DNA from: an uncultured bacterium
GTDB taxonomy: Bacteria; Abyssobacteria; SURF-5
Length of the DNA stretch: 24,158 bases
Assembly (NCBI GenBank): GCA_964510165.1
Contig: CAZEBC010000040.1
Coordinates: forward strand, 1 to 24,158
Reading direction: 5' to 3'
In this document: piece after piece, positions 1 through 8,048 of the stretch
How the letters are laid out: each line of letters begins with the position of its first letter
How positions within the stretch are numbered: the stretch's first letter is position 1
Notes under the pieces: model-generated
Told to the model about the DNA's origin: nothing
Seen by the model: only the letters and a program-made list of their open reading frames with translations
Database searches by the model: none
Program-made: the position numbers and the translations under genes

Positions 1-134
1 AAGGGGAAGAGGGTAAACGGGGAAAAGGTAAGCAAAACGGAATCCGCCTGGGGCCTTGAGTGGCGTGAAGAGTCGGCGGGTCGATTTGTGCAAATGAATT
101 CGCGCCTAGCAGCAAGTTCGAGGAATAGATATAC

Positions 135-791
135 ATGAGCACACGGGCGAGGACGATTGAGGATAAGGAGTTACGCAGAAGGCGGCTCTTGGATGCCGCG
201 AAGGAGCTTTTTTTCGAGCGGGGGTATCGCGACACGACGATCGAGATGATCACGGAGCGGGCGGGCGTCAGCACAGGCGCGTTCTACCTCTACTTCAAGA
301 GCAAAGAGGAAATCTACATGACGCTGTACGCCGACGGGATCGACATATTTCATCGGATGGCGCGGCAGGCGATCTCGTGGCCGGGCATGAGCGCGCTGGC
401 GCGGCTGTCGGCGGTCGCGCACGCATATTTCCGTTTCTACAAGGAGCACACGGAATACTTCGAGATACTGGCGTTCATCCATATGTATGAGACGAAGCTG
501 AAGGAGCGGACGGAGATGTCGGCGCTCTTGGATGAGAAGGCGATCGCGCTCTTGAAGATGATCGAGGGCGTGATCAAGGAGGGGATCGAGCGCGGCGAGC
601 TGACGCCGCGCGACACGTGGAAGACGACGAACGTGCTGTGGGGGATGATGGACGGACTCGTGATGCTGGCCGAGCGCAAGAACGTAATGGTGATGGGCGT
701 GACGCTGGAGGATTTGTTCAAGGAAGCGCTCGAGATTATTTTTTATGGGGTGAGCGGCGGCAAGAATAGTGGTGATTCAAAGCCGCCGTGA
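135..791 (+). CDS. TetR/AcrR family transcriptional regulator
   Basis: N-terminal HTH 'RRRLLDAAKELFFERGYRDTTIEMITERAGVSTGAFYLYFKSKEEI' is the TetR signature; helical C-terminal ligand domain; AGGA at 121-124 upstream of the ATG. Confidence 0.95.
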   Translation: MSTRARTIEDKELRRRRLLDAAKELFFERGYRDTTIEMITERAGVSTGAFYLYFKSKEEIYMTLYADGIDIFHRMARQAISWPGMSALARLSAVAHAYFRFYKEHTEYFEILAFIHMYETKLKERTEMSALLDEKAIALLKMIEGVIKEGIERGELTPRDTWKTTNVLWGMMDGLVMLAERKNVMVMGVTLEDLFKEALEIIFYGVSGGKNSGDSKPP

Positions 792-797
792 AGTGTC

Positions 798-822
798 GGG
801 CGGCCACACGGGGCCGCCCCTA
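798..822. repeat. REP-like palindrome, family A copy 1
   Basis: GGGCGGCC-ACACG-GGGCCGCCCCTA hairpin; a near-identical copy lies at 3537-3562. Confidence 0.8.
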
Positions 823-845
823 TAACTGAAAGACGCGCAGACGAA

Positions 846-868
846 GCAGGCAGGATGCTTGCGCTACA
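846..868. repeat. GTAG-type REP-like palindrome, family B copy 1
   Basis: GCAGGCAGGATGCTTGCGCTACA; related copy GCAGGCTGGAGGCCTGCGCTACA at 7917-7939; the CTAC end reads GTAG on the minus strand. Confidence 0.7.
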
Positions 869-935
869 GGACGAGCGGGCAATCCCCGCCGAGGGTGGGA
901 CTGCGCCACGGAATGGCGCTGAGTGAGGAGGAATC

Positions 936-3428
936 ATGACGACGACGGCGAGGACGGGACGGGGGACGGGGACGCGGCGGTCGCGGTTTGTTGAGGCGTT
1001 CGAGGCGAGCCTCGGCAACGGCCACACGGATTACATCAAATATATCGCGGCACAGGATGGCCCCTCGAGCGAGCGCAACCGGCAGCGGCGCGATGCGTTT
1101 TTCAACACGCCGTTCAGCATCTGCATCGAGCGGGCGCGGTATTACACGGAGAGCTTCAAGCGGACCGAGGGCGAGCCGCAGGTGATCCGGCTGGCGAAGG
1201 CGCTTCGCCATTATATGGAGCACGTTACGATTGTGCTGGCGGAGGGCGACCTGTTCGCGGGCTATCAGGGCGGCAAGATTCTGTGCTCACTGATGTATCC
1301 CGAGCTTGCATCGGCGTATCTGGACGAGAATGCATGGGAGGAAGCGAGCAATTTCAACATCAATCCGGTGCAGATAAGCGAGGCGGAGGTCGCGGAACTG
1401 AAGGAGATCGCGCCGTACTGGCGGGGGAAGTCGGTGCAGGAGCATTACAACTACTTGAAGCCGCACAATGACGACCTGGTGCACCAGCGCGGGCTGATAT
1501 TCGCGTACAACATGCTGGCGGGCGTGGGGCATGTGATTGTGGACATCGAGCGCGGCATCTATCGCGGATTGGGCAGCATCCGCGATGAGGCGCGCGCGAA
1601 GGTGGAGGCGTTGCAGAGGCATCCCGAGGATGCGATCACTCCGAAGAAGATCGCGTTTTACAAGGCGGTCGCGATCGCGCTTGAAGGTTTGTTCGCGTAT
1701 GCACATCGGTGCGCCGATTATGCCGAGGCGCGCGCGAGGGAAGAGGCCGACGAAGAGCGGCGCGAGGAGCTATTGCGGATCGCGCGGGCGTGCCGTCATG
1801 TGCCGGAGCATCCGGCGCGGGACATGTACGAGGCGATACAATGCACGCTGTTGATGTTGACGGCGAACCAGATGGAGTCGTGCGAGATATCCATATGTCC
1901 GGGGCGGATGGACCAGGCGCTGTATCCGATATATCGGGCGGACATCGAGGCGGGCCGGTTCACGCGGCAGGACATGGTCGAGTTGTTCGAGAATTTCCTG
2001 ATCCGGATCGGGCAGAGTTCGTGGCTGTACAGCGGGCGTCAGCAGGGCGCGCTGTTTTATCCGAGGAAGGGGAATCTGGTGACGGTCACGCTGAGCGGCA
2101 AAGATGAGCGGGGAAACGACACGACGAACGAGCTTACGTATTTGATCCTCCATGCGCACGCGAACAACCGGCTCGGGCATCCGAGCATCGCGGTCAGGTT
2201 TCACAAGAATTCGCCGGAGGCGCTGCGCGAGGCGTGTGCGCGGATCATCGGAACCGGGAAGGGCCAGCCCGGCGTAATGAACGACGAGGTAATGATTCCG
2301 GCGTTGATGCGGCTGGGATTTGAGGAGAAGGACGCTCACAATTACGCCGACATCGGCTGCATCGAGATGGGGTCGGCGGGCACCTCGATTGGGCCGTCGA
2401 GCATCGGGTTTGTGAATCTGGCGAAGTGCCTGGAGCTTGCGCTGCACAACGGGCGCTGTCCGATATATAACGACCAGGTCGGACCCAGGACCGGCGACGC
2501 GCGGGCTTTCACGAGCTACGAACAACTCATGAAGGCATATGCCGAGCAGGTGCGTTTCGCGGTGACGCAATTCAATCAGTCGGTGTCTGCGATTGAGATG
2601 CTGCATCAGCGGCTGAGGCCGATACCGTACATGTCTTCGATCACGGACAACGCGATGGAGCGCGGGCTTGACCTGACGGACGGCGGCTCGAAGTATTATT
2701 TCGCGGGTATCGAGGGGATCGGCGTGGCCGATGTGGGCGATTCGCTCGCCGCGATCAAGAAGCTGGTGTTCGAGGAGAAGCGGGTTTCGATGGCGGAGCT
2801 TGTGGACGCGCTGGCGACCAATTTCGGCGAGAACGAGCGGTTGAGGCAGATGCTGTTGAACGCTGCGCCGAAGTATGGGAACGACGACGATTACGTTGAC
2901 GAGATTGCGCGCGAGGGGTGCACGGTGTTTCTCGAGGAAGTGAAGAAGCACCGCGATTATTGGGGCAGCGTGTACAATCCGGGGATATGGTCGATAGAGC
3001 TTGCGATGATATTGGGGGCGGCGGTGGGTGCGCTGCCGAGCGGGCGGTGCGCGTTCGAGTCGCTGACGGAGGGAGTGGCGCCGTCGCGCGGGTGCGACCG
3101 GAAGGGGCCGACGGCGACGGTGAGGTCGGTCGCCAAGCTGGACCACCATCTGATGGAGAACGGCAGCATTTTTAATATGAAGTTCAATCCCGACACGTTC
3201 AAGGACGAGAGCATCGGCAAGTTCATTGACGTGATGAAGACGTATTTTGCGCTCGGCGGGTTCCAGATGCAGTTCACGGTGGTGGACCGGAAGACGCTGT
3301 TGGCCGCGCGCGAAGAGCCGGAGAAATACCGTGACCTGGTGGTGCGGGTGGCCGGTTACAGCGGGTATTTTGTGGAGCAGTCGCCGCGCGTGCAGGAGCA
3401 TATCATAGAGCGGACGGAGTATTGTTGA
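936..3428 (+). CDS. Glycyl radical enzyme (PFL2/eliminase-like family), substrate unknown; GRE1
   Basis: 830 aa; N-terminal 'ICIERARYYTESFKRTEGEPQVIRLAKAL'; Cys loop 'YADIGCIEMG' (Cys475, Glu477); 'APKYGNDDDYVD'; Gly loop 'DLVVRVAGYSGYF' (Gly807); strong SD GAGGAGG upstream. Confidence 0.95.
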   Translation: MTTTARTGRGTGTRRSRFVEAFEASLGNGHTDYIKYIAAQDGPSSERNRQRRDAFFNTPFSICIERARYYTESFKRTEGEPQVIRLAKALRHYMEHVTIVLAEGDLFAGYQGGKILCSLMYPELASAYLDENAWEEASNFNINPVQISEAEVAELKEIAPYWRGKSVQEHYNYLKPHNDDLVHQRGLIFAYNMLAGVGHVIVDIERGIYRGLGSIRDEARAKVEALQRHPEDAITPKKIAFYKAVAIALEGLFAYAHRCADYAEARAREEADEERREELLRIARACRHVPEHPARDMYEAIQCTLLMLTANQMESCEISICPGRMDQALYPIYRADIEAGRFTRQDMVELFENFLIRIGQSSWLYSGRQQGALFYPRKGNLVTVTLSGKDERGNDTTNELTYLILHAHANNRLGHPSIAVRFHKNSPEALREACARIIGTGKGQPGVMNDEVMIPALMRLGFEEKDAHNYADIGCIEMGSAGTSIGPSSIGFVNLAKCLELALHNGRCPIYNDQVGPRTGDARAFTSYEQLMKAYAEQVRFAVTQFNQSVSAIEMLHQRLRPIPYMSSITDNAMERGLDLTDGGSKYYFAGIEGIGVADVGDSLAAIKKLVFEEKRVSMAELVDALATNFGENERLRQMLLNAAPKYGNDDDYVDEIAREGCTVFLEEVKKHRDYWGSVYNPGIWSIELAMILGAAVGALPSGRCAFESLTEGVAPSRGCDRKGPTATVRSVAKLDHHLMENGSIFNMKFNPDTFKDESIGKFIDVMKTYFALGGFQMQFTVVDRKTLLAAREEPEKYRDLVVRVAGYSGYFVEQSPRVQEHIIERTEYC

Positions 3429-3536
3429 AATGCGCGCGAGGCGCGCGGTTTCTGGTTTCTGGTTGAAGGACAGATGAAAGAGAGAGGGAAAGATTCGTCC
3501 ACGAAGAGCGTGAAAAGGGCAGGCGCAGGGGCAGAC

Positions 3537-3562
3537 GGGCGGCCACACAGGGCCACCCTTAC
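3537..3562. repeat. REP-like palindrome, family A copy 2
   Basis: GGGCGGCCACACAGGGCCACCCTTAC, matching 798-822 with a few substitutions. Confidence 0.75.
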
Positions 3563-3590
3563 GATATTGATGTGAACGGGAAGCGGGGCC

Positions 3591-6173
3591 ATGGAACTCA
3601 GGGATGATGCGAGCGAGCGGATCAAGCGGCTGCGCCGGCGGTACATGGAGGAGCCGGTCTGGATATCGGTAGAGCGGGCGCGGTACTACACGGAGTCATG
3701 GCGCGAGACGGAGGGATCGGGGCTGTCGCTCGGCGTTCGCGTGGCGCTCGCGATGAAGAACGTGTTTGAGAAGATGACGCACTGCGTGGACCCCGACGAC
3801 CGGATCGCCGGCGCGTGGACCGAGTACTTCCTCGGGGCGCCGATTGATGTCGAGCGCGGCCTATTCAACAACGTCCTCCGGATCGAGCTTGGCAAAGGCT
3901 CGATGCTCGCCCACCAGATCAAATCGAATGCCCGCTTCCTTTCTTATATGGTTCGCAAGTACGGCCCCGTCGAATTCTACAATAACATGAAGCGCACGCG
4001 GGAGGTGGGCGCGGCGATGCCGAGCATCGGGCTGAAGACGATGCCGGAGCGGAGGATCAATCCGTACGCGATCAAGCCGGAGAACAAGAAAGTATTGCGG
4101 AAAGAGGTGCTTCCATACTGGGAAGGCGAGACGATGGCTGAGGTGGTCGCGCGCGAGATGGAGCGGTCGGGGTTGTTCGGGGGCGACTTGCGCGATTTTG
4201 CCGCCGCGCTTCCAGCGACGACCTCGAAGATGTACACGTTTCTCTCGCCCGGGGCGGTGCTGGGGACGTATCAGGGACACGTGGTTCTGGATTACCAGCG
4301 GGCGGTCGTGGACGGGCTGTTGAGGATGAAGGAGGAGGTTCGGGAAAAGATCGATGGCGACGGCAGCCAGACGCAGGGGGAGCGCGATTTTCTGGAGTCG
4401 GTGGATATCGCGCTTGACGGCGTGATCATATTCGCCAGGAGATTGGCGGACAAGGTGAAGGAGGAACTCGACAAGGAGAGCAATCCGGAACGGAAGGCGA
4501 CGCTCTCGCGCATGTTTGAGAATTGTTTGAGGGTTCCGCTTCATCCGGCGGAGAGTTTACGCGAGGCGCTGCAATCGTTCTGGACGGTGAAGGTCGCGAC
4601 CGAGCTGGCGAACATCACCAACGTGCATTCGGCGGGACGGATTGATCAGATTTTTTATCCATATTATAAGAAAGATGTCGAGGCCGGGCGCATCGCGCGC
4701 GAGGAGGCCCGAGAGCTGCTCGAGGAGTTGCTGCTGAAGATCATGACACAGAACGTGAGGCCCGAGTCGAATTTCATCGGCGATTTCTATCAGCGGTACG
4801 AGGGTTCGGCGCCGGTCACGCTTGGTGGGCTGACGCGCGATGGGACGGACGCGACGAACGAGCTGACCTACATCCTTCTTGAGGCGGCGGAGCGCTCGAA
4901 GAGCGCGGTCAATGTCGTCGTAAGGTTTCACAAGGACACGCCGGAATCGCTTTACATGAAGGTAGCGGATGTCCTTTATCATGGGACATCCAGCGTATCG
5001 CTCATGAACGATGAGGTCTGTATCGAGGCGATGAAGCGGCGGGGATTCAGCGAGGAGGACGCGCGCGATTACGCGATCACGGGTTGCGTGGACCTGCTGG
5101 CGCCGGGGAAGACGGGCGGCATAGGGTTTGCAGCGATTCTGCTGAGCCGGGTGCTCGACATGACGCTCCGCAACGGCGATTCACAGACGCTGGTGGGGCT
5201 GATTCGGAATGCGGGCGTGAAGACAGGCGACCCGGACAGGTTCAGTTCGTTTGAGCAATTGGTTGACGCCTTCATCGCACAGGCGGCGCATGTCATCAAG
5301 GCTATCGCGGACGGCTCGAACCTGCGGGACAGGCTCTTCAGTGAGATGCAGCCGGCGCCGTACATGTCGGCGTTCATGCAGGGGTGTTTGGAGAAGGGAA
5401 GGGACGTGACGGAGGGCGGAGCGGTGTACGACCTGTCCGGCATCCTGTTCATGAACAGCATCGCGAACGTGGTGGATTCACTGTACGTGATCAAGCGGCT
5501 CATTTTCGAGGAGAAGCAGTTCACATTCAAGGAATTGCTCGAGGCGATCGATCATAATTTTGTCGGGTATGAGCGGATTCATCGGTTGATCAAGGGCGTC
5601 GAGGGCAAGTGGGGCAATGGGAATCCGGAGTCGGACGCGCTCGCGCGCGAGGTGACGACGCGCCTGTTCGAGGAGACATACAAGCATCGAAGCTTCAAGG
5701 GCGGCCCGTTTGTGCCGTTCGTCAACAGCATGACCTCGCATACGTATGACGGGCGGATTTCGATTGCGACGCCGGACGGCCGAAAGGCGGCCACACCGTT
5801 CGCGGCAAGCTGCAATCCTTATAATGTGGACAAGTGCGGAGTGACCGGGGTGCTGAGGTCGGTGGCGGCGCTCGATTTCAGGCACATTTTCGGGTGCGCG
5901 GTGAACATACGGCTGCATCCATCGGCAATTGGGAAGAGCGAGGAAGCCCGGCGTAAATGGGTGGCGCTCGTCAGGACGTACTTCAGGATGGGCGGCATGC
6001 AGTTGCAGCCGACGGTGGCCTCGACCGAAGTTTTGCGCGCCGCGCAGAAGGATCCCGACAGCTACCGCAGCTTGATTGTGAAGGTGGGCGGCTACAGCAC
6101 GTATTTTGTGGACCTTGGCCGCGAGATCCAGAACGAGATCATCTCGCGCTCGGAGCACAGAGTCGGCGTGTGA
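3591..6173 (+). CDS. Glycyl radical enzyme, non-canonical motifs, substrate unknown; GRE2
   Basis: 860 aa; 'ISVERARYYTESWRETEG', 'GRIDQIFYPYYKKD', 'DATNELTY'; Cys loop 'YAITGCVDLL' (Cys499, Asp501); Gly loop 'SLIVKVGGYSTYF' (Gly834). Confidence 0.93.
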   Translation: MELRDDASERIKRLRRRYMEEPVWISVERARYYTESWRETEGSGLSLGVRVALAMKNVFEKMTHCVDPDDRIAGAWTEYFLGAPIDVERGLFNNVLRIELGKGSMLAHQIKSNARFLSYMVRKYGPVEFYNNMKRTREVGAAMPSIGLKTMPERRINPYAIKPENKKVLRKEVLPYWEGETMAEVVAREMERSGLFGGDLRDFAAALPATTSKMYTFLSPGAVLGTYQGHVVLDYQRAVVDGLLRMKEEVREKIDGDGSQTQGERDFLESVDIALDGVIIFARRLADKVKEELDKESNPERKATLSRMFENCLRVPLHPAESLREALQSFWTVKVATELANITNVHSAGRIDQIFYPYYKKDVEAGRIAREEARELLEELLLKIMTQNVRPESNFIGDFYQRYEGSAPVTLGGLTRDGTDATNELTYILLEAAERSKSAVNVVVRFHKDTPESLYMKVADVLYHGTSSVSLMNDEVCIEAMKRRGFSEEDARDYAITGCVDLLAPGKTGGIGFAAILLSRVLDMTLRNGDSQTLVGLIRNAGVKTGDPDRFSSFEQLVDAFIAQAAHVIKAIADGSNLRDRLFSEMQPAPYMSAFMQGCLEKGRDVTEGGAVYDLSGILFMNSIANVVDSLYVIKRLIFEEKQFTFKELLEAIDHNFVGYERIHRLIKGVEGKWGNGNPESDALAREVTTRLFEETYKHRSFKGGPFVPFVNSMTSHTYDGRISIATPDGRKAATPFAASCNPYNVDKCGVTGVLRSVAALDFRHIFGCAVNIRLHPSAIGKSEEARRKWVALVRTYFRMGGMQLQPTVASTEVLRAAQKDPDSYRSLIVKVGGYSTYFVDLGREIQNEIISRSEHRVGV

Positions 6174-6205
6174 GGCGAGCGGGCTTATATTGCTCTGGCG
6201 CGTGC

Positions 6206-6227
6206 GCACGGCGCGCCGTGCCCCTAC
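6206..6227. repeat. GTAG-type REP-like palindrome
   Basis: GCACGGC-GC-GCCGTGC followed by CCCTAC (minus strand GTAGGGGCACGGCGCGCCGTGC). Confidence 0.75.
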
Positions 6228-6260
6228 GTATATCGGGAACACCGAGCATCCGGGCCGGAC

Positions 6261-7169
6261 ATGAAGGGCATAGTCTTCGACATTCAATACTATTCGATGT
6301 ATGACGGACCGGGGATACGCGCGTGCGTTTTTCTGAAGGGCTGTCCGCTGCGGTGCGCGTGGTGCCACAACCCGGAATCGCAGAGCCCGAATCCGGAGAT
6401 GTCGTATTTCGCGGAACGATGTGCGCGGTGCGGAAAGTGCGTCGAGGCCTGCTCCTCGCATGCGCTTCGATTGACGGATGAGGGGGTCGTGAGGGACCGG
6501 GCCGCATGCGGTGTGTGCGGGGTGTGCGCGGACACTTGTCCCAATGAGGCCATGGAGCGAATAGGCAAGGAACTCTCGACGGAGCAAATTGTTGAACAGG
6601 TCTCGCGCGACCGGGAGTTTTATGAGATGTCGGGCGGCGGGGTCACGATTTCGGGCGGCGAGCCGACCTTGCAGGCGGAATTTCTGCTTGAACTGCTGGG
6701 GGGCATCAAGCAAAGGGGGCTGCATACCGCGCTTGAGACATGCGGTTTTTTCGGGGAAGACTTGATAGAAGCGCTTGTGGAACATGTGGACCTGTTTCTG
6801 TATGACATAAAGCACGTGAGAGCTGAGCACCACGAATACTTTACGGGTGTTTCCAATGAGCGGATTGTGTCCAATTTCTCCAAGATACTTGGTCGCGTTG
6901 GAAGTTCTCGGGTTATTCCCAGGGTACCTGTCATCCCGGGTTTCAATGATGACGCCGACTCGATAGAGGGGATGGTCGCTTTCCTTAACGAGGTCGGGTA
7001 TGATGGCCCAGTCCACCTGATGCCGTACAATCGGATGGCCAAGACGAAGTGGGAGAAGATAGGGAAGGGCTCTCTTTACAGGGACATGGGCAGCCTTGAA
7101 GAAGAGACCCTGGGGGGTATCGTGTCTTGCTTTGAGCGGGCCTCATTTGAGACGGTGTGTAATCGGTGA
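6261..7169 (+). CDS. Glycyl-radical enzyme activating enzyme (radical SAM, with 2x[4Fe-4S] ferredoxin insert)
   Basis: 'DGPGIRACVFLKGCPLRCAWCHNPES' (CxxxCxxC); insert 'CARCGKCVEAC...CGVCGVCADTCP'; 'GGGVTISGGEP'; 'HTALETCG'; 'PVIPGFND'. Confidence 0.96.
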   Translation: MKGIVFDIQYYSMYDGPGIRACVFLKGCPLRCAWCHNPESQSPNPEMSYFAERCARCGKCVEACSSHALRLTDEGVVRDRAACGVCGVCADTCPNEAMERIGKELSTEQIVEQVSRDREFYEMSGGGVTISGGEPTLQAEFLLELLGGIKQRGLHTALETCGFFGEDLIEALVEHVDLFLYDIKHVRAEHHEYFTGVSNERIVSNFSKILGRVGSSRVIPRVPVIPGFNDDADSIEGMVAFLNEVGYDGPVHLMPYNRMAKTKWEKIGKGSLYRDMGSLEEETLGGIVSCFERASFETVCNR

Positions 7170-7335
7170 ATGTTCCTTCCTCCAATGACAGTCTTGAGAC
7201 GTAACCTTGTGTATAACAATTAGTTGTGCATATCCATAATGGTGTTCCATTCTCGGGTCCCCCCGCCTTGCGACTCTTTCGTTTTGTTCTTACACTTAAA
7301 TGAGATGAAATGAAGAAGAGAGAGGTGTTTTCTCG

Positions 7336-7851
7336 ATGTATATGAGATATGCGTTGATTCTTCTATTGTCGTTTGGCCTGGTTGGGTGGAAGGCTGCGCC
7401 GATGAAGATGGACCTCGCCTCGGTAACGCAGAATCCCGGTCAGTTCGACGGCAAGAAGATAGAGATAACCGCTCCTGTGGAGGAGAATACATATCCGCGG
7501 GGCGATGAATACAAGAAGTGGCAATTCGTCCTTGGCTCGGATAAGGCGGGCATTGTGGTATATGAGATGGGGTTCAATCCCGCGACGATCGTGAAGGCGT
7601 ACTATCTGGTGGAAGAGGCCCGCAAGGCAGGGGAGAATGTGACGGTAGTGGGCAAGTTCCACGCCAAGCCTTATGAGAGAAGTGAGCACGGGGTCAAGAT
7701 GCAGGTTGATTCGGTCCGGTTTGGCGACAAGGTGATCCACACGGACCAAGGCGAGTTTGTGCCTTACTATTACGGCGGTCGTTATCCGGGTTCGCCGGTC
7801 TACTATGACGGTCACATTTACTATCCGTTGCAGCAGGAATTCCCATATTGA
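7336..7851 (+). CDS. Hypothetical exported protein, probable OB-fold with Tyr/Pro-rich tail
   Basis: SD GAGGTG 8 nt upstream; hydrophobic N-terminus 'MRYALILLLSFGLVG'; beta-strand pattern 'NPGQFDGKKIEIT...GENVTVVGKF...MQVDSV' is reminiscent of periplasmic OB folds (inference). Confidence 0.7.
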   Translation: MYMRYALILLLSFGLVGWKAAPMKMDLASVTQNPGQFDGKKIEITAPVEENTYPRGDEYKKWQFVLGSDKAGIVVYEMGFNPATIVKAYYLVEEARKAGENVTVVGKFHAKPYERSEHGVKMQVDSVRFGDKVIHTDQGEFVPYYYGGRYPGSPVYYDGHIYYPLQQEFPY

Positions 7852-7872
7852 CGCAAATAGGGGAGTGTTTTT

Positions 7873-7976
7873 CCCTCACCCCAACCCTCTCCCACTCGGG
7901 AGAGGGAGACGGAATTGCAGGCTGGAGGCCTGCGCTACAACAAGCCTCTCCCGTTGGGAGAGGGCAGGCTGAGGGG
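7873..7976. repeat. Inverted pair of CCCTCTCCC/GGGAGAGGG palindromic repeats enclosing a family-B REP
   Basis: CCCTCACCCCAACCCTCTCCCACTCGGGAGAGGG (7873-7906) and the inverted related unit CCTCTCCCGTTGGGAGAGGGCAGGCTGAGGGG (7945-7976), with a REP at 7917-7939 between them. Confidence 0.8.
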
Positions 7977-8010
7977 TTGCGGCGAAGCCGTGCCGTAATA
8001 TTGATAAATA

Positions 8011-8038
8011 GGGGACGCCATGCGGGAGGTTGTCCCCC
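8011..8038. repeat. Hairpin (possible terminator for paaI), related to the 18791-18841 palindrome
   Basis: GGGGACGCCATG...TGTCCCC between convergent genes; shares GGGGAC(A/G)CCATG with 18803-18814. Confidence 0.5.
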
Positions 8039-8048
8039 ATTCATGCCG

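Noticed and set aside
1770-3548. Long antisense ORFs (also 5478-7016, 10983-12497, 17606-18853, 19241-20740, 22558-23442)
   Set aside because: Shadows of well-supported GC-rich genes on the opposite strand; no recognisable motifs.
3474-3575. 33-codon ORF between the GREs as a small Fe-S subunit
   Set aside because: It has no cysteines and runs through a REP palindrome.
936-6173. Calling the GREs pyruvate formate-lyase, benzylsuccinate synthase, HPAD or CutC
   Set aside because: No Cys-Cys pair, no small beta/gamma or HpdC subunits, no microcompartment genes, and diagnostic residues cannot be verified by eye.
3591-6173. GRE2 as a pseudogene
   Set aside because: Full-length open frame with radical Cys and Gly retained and only conservative motif changes.
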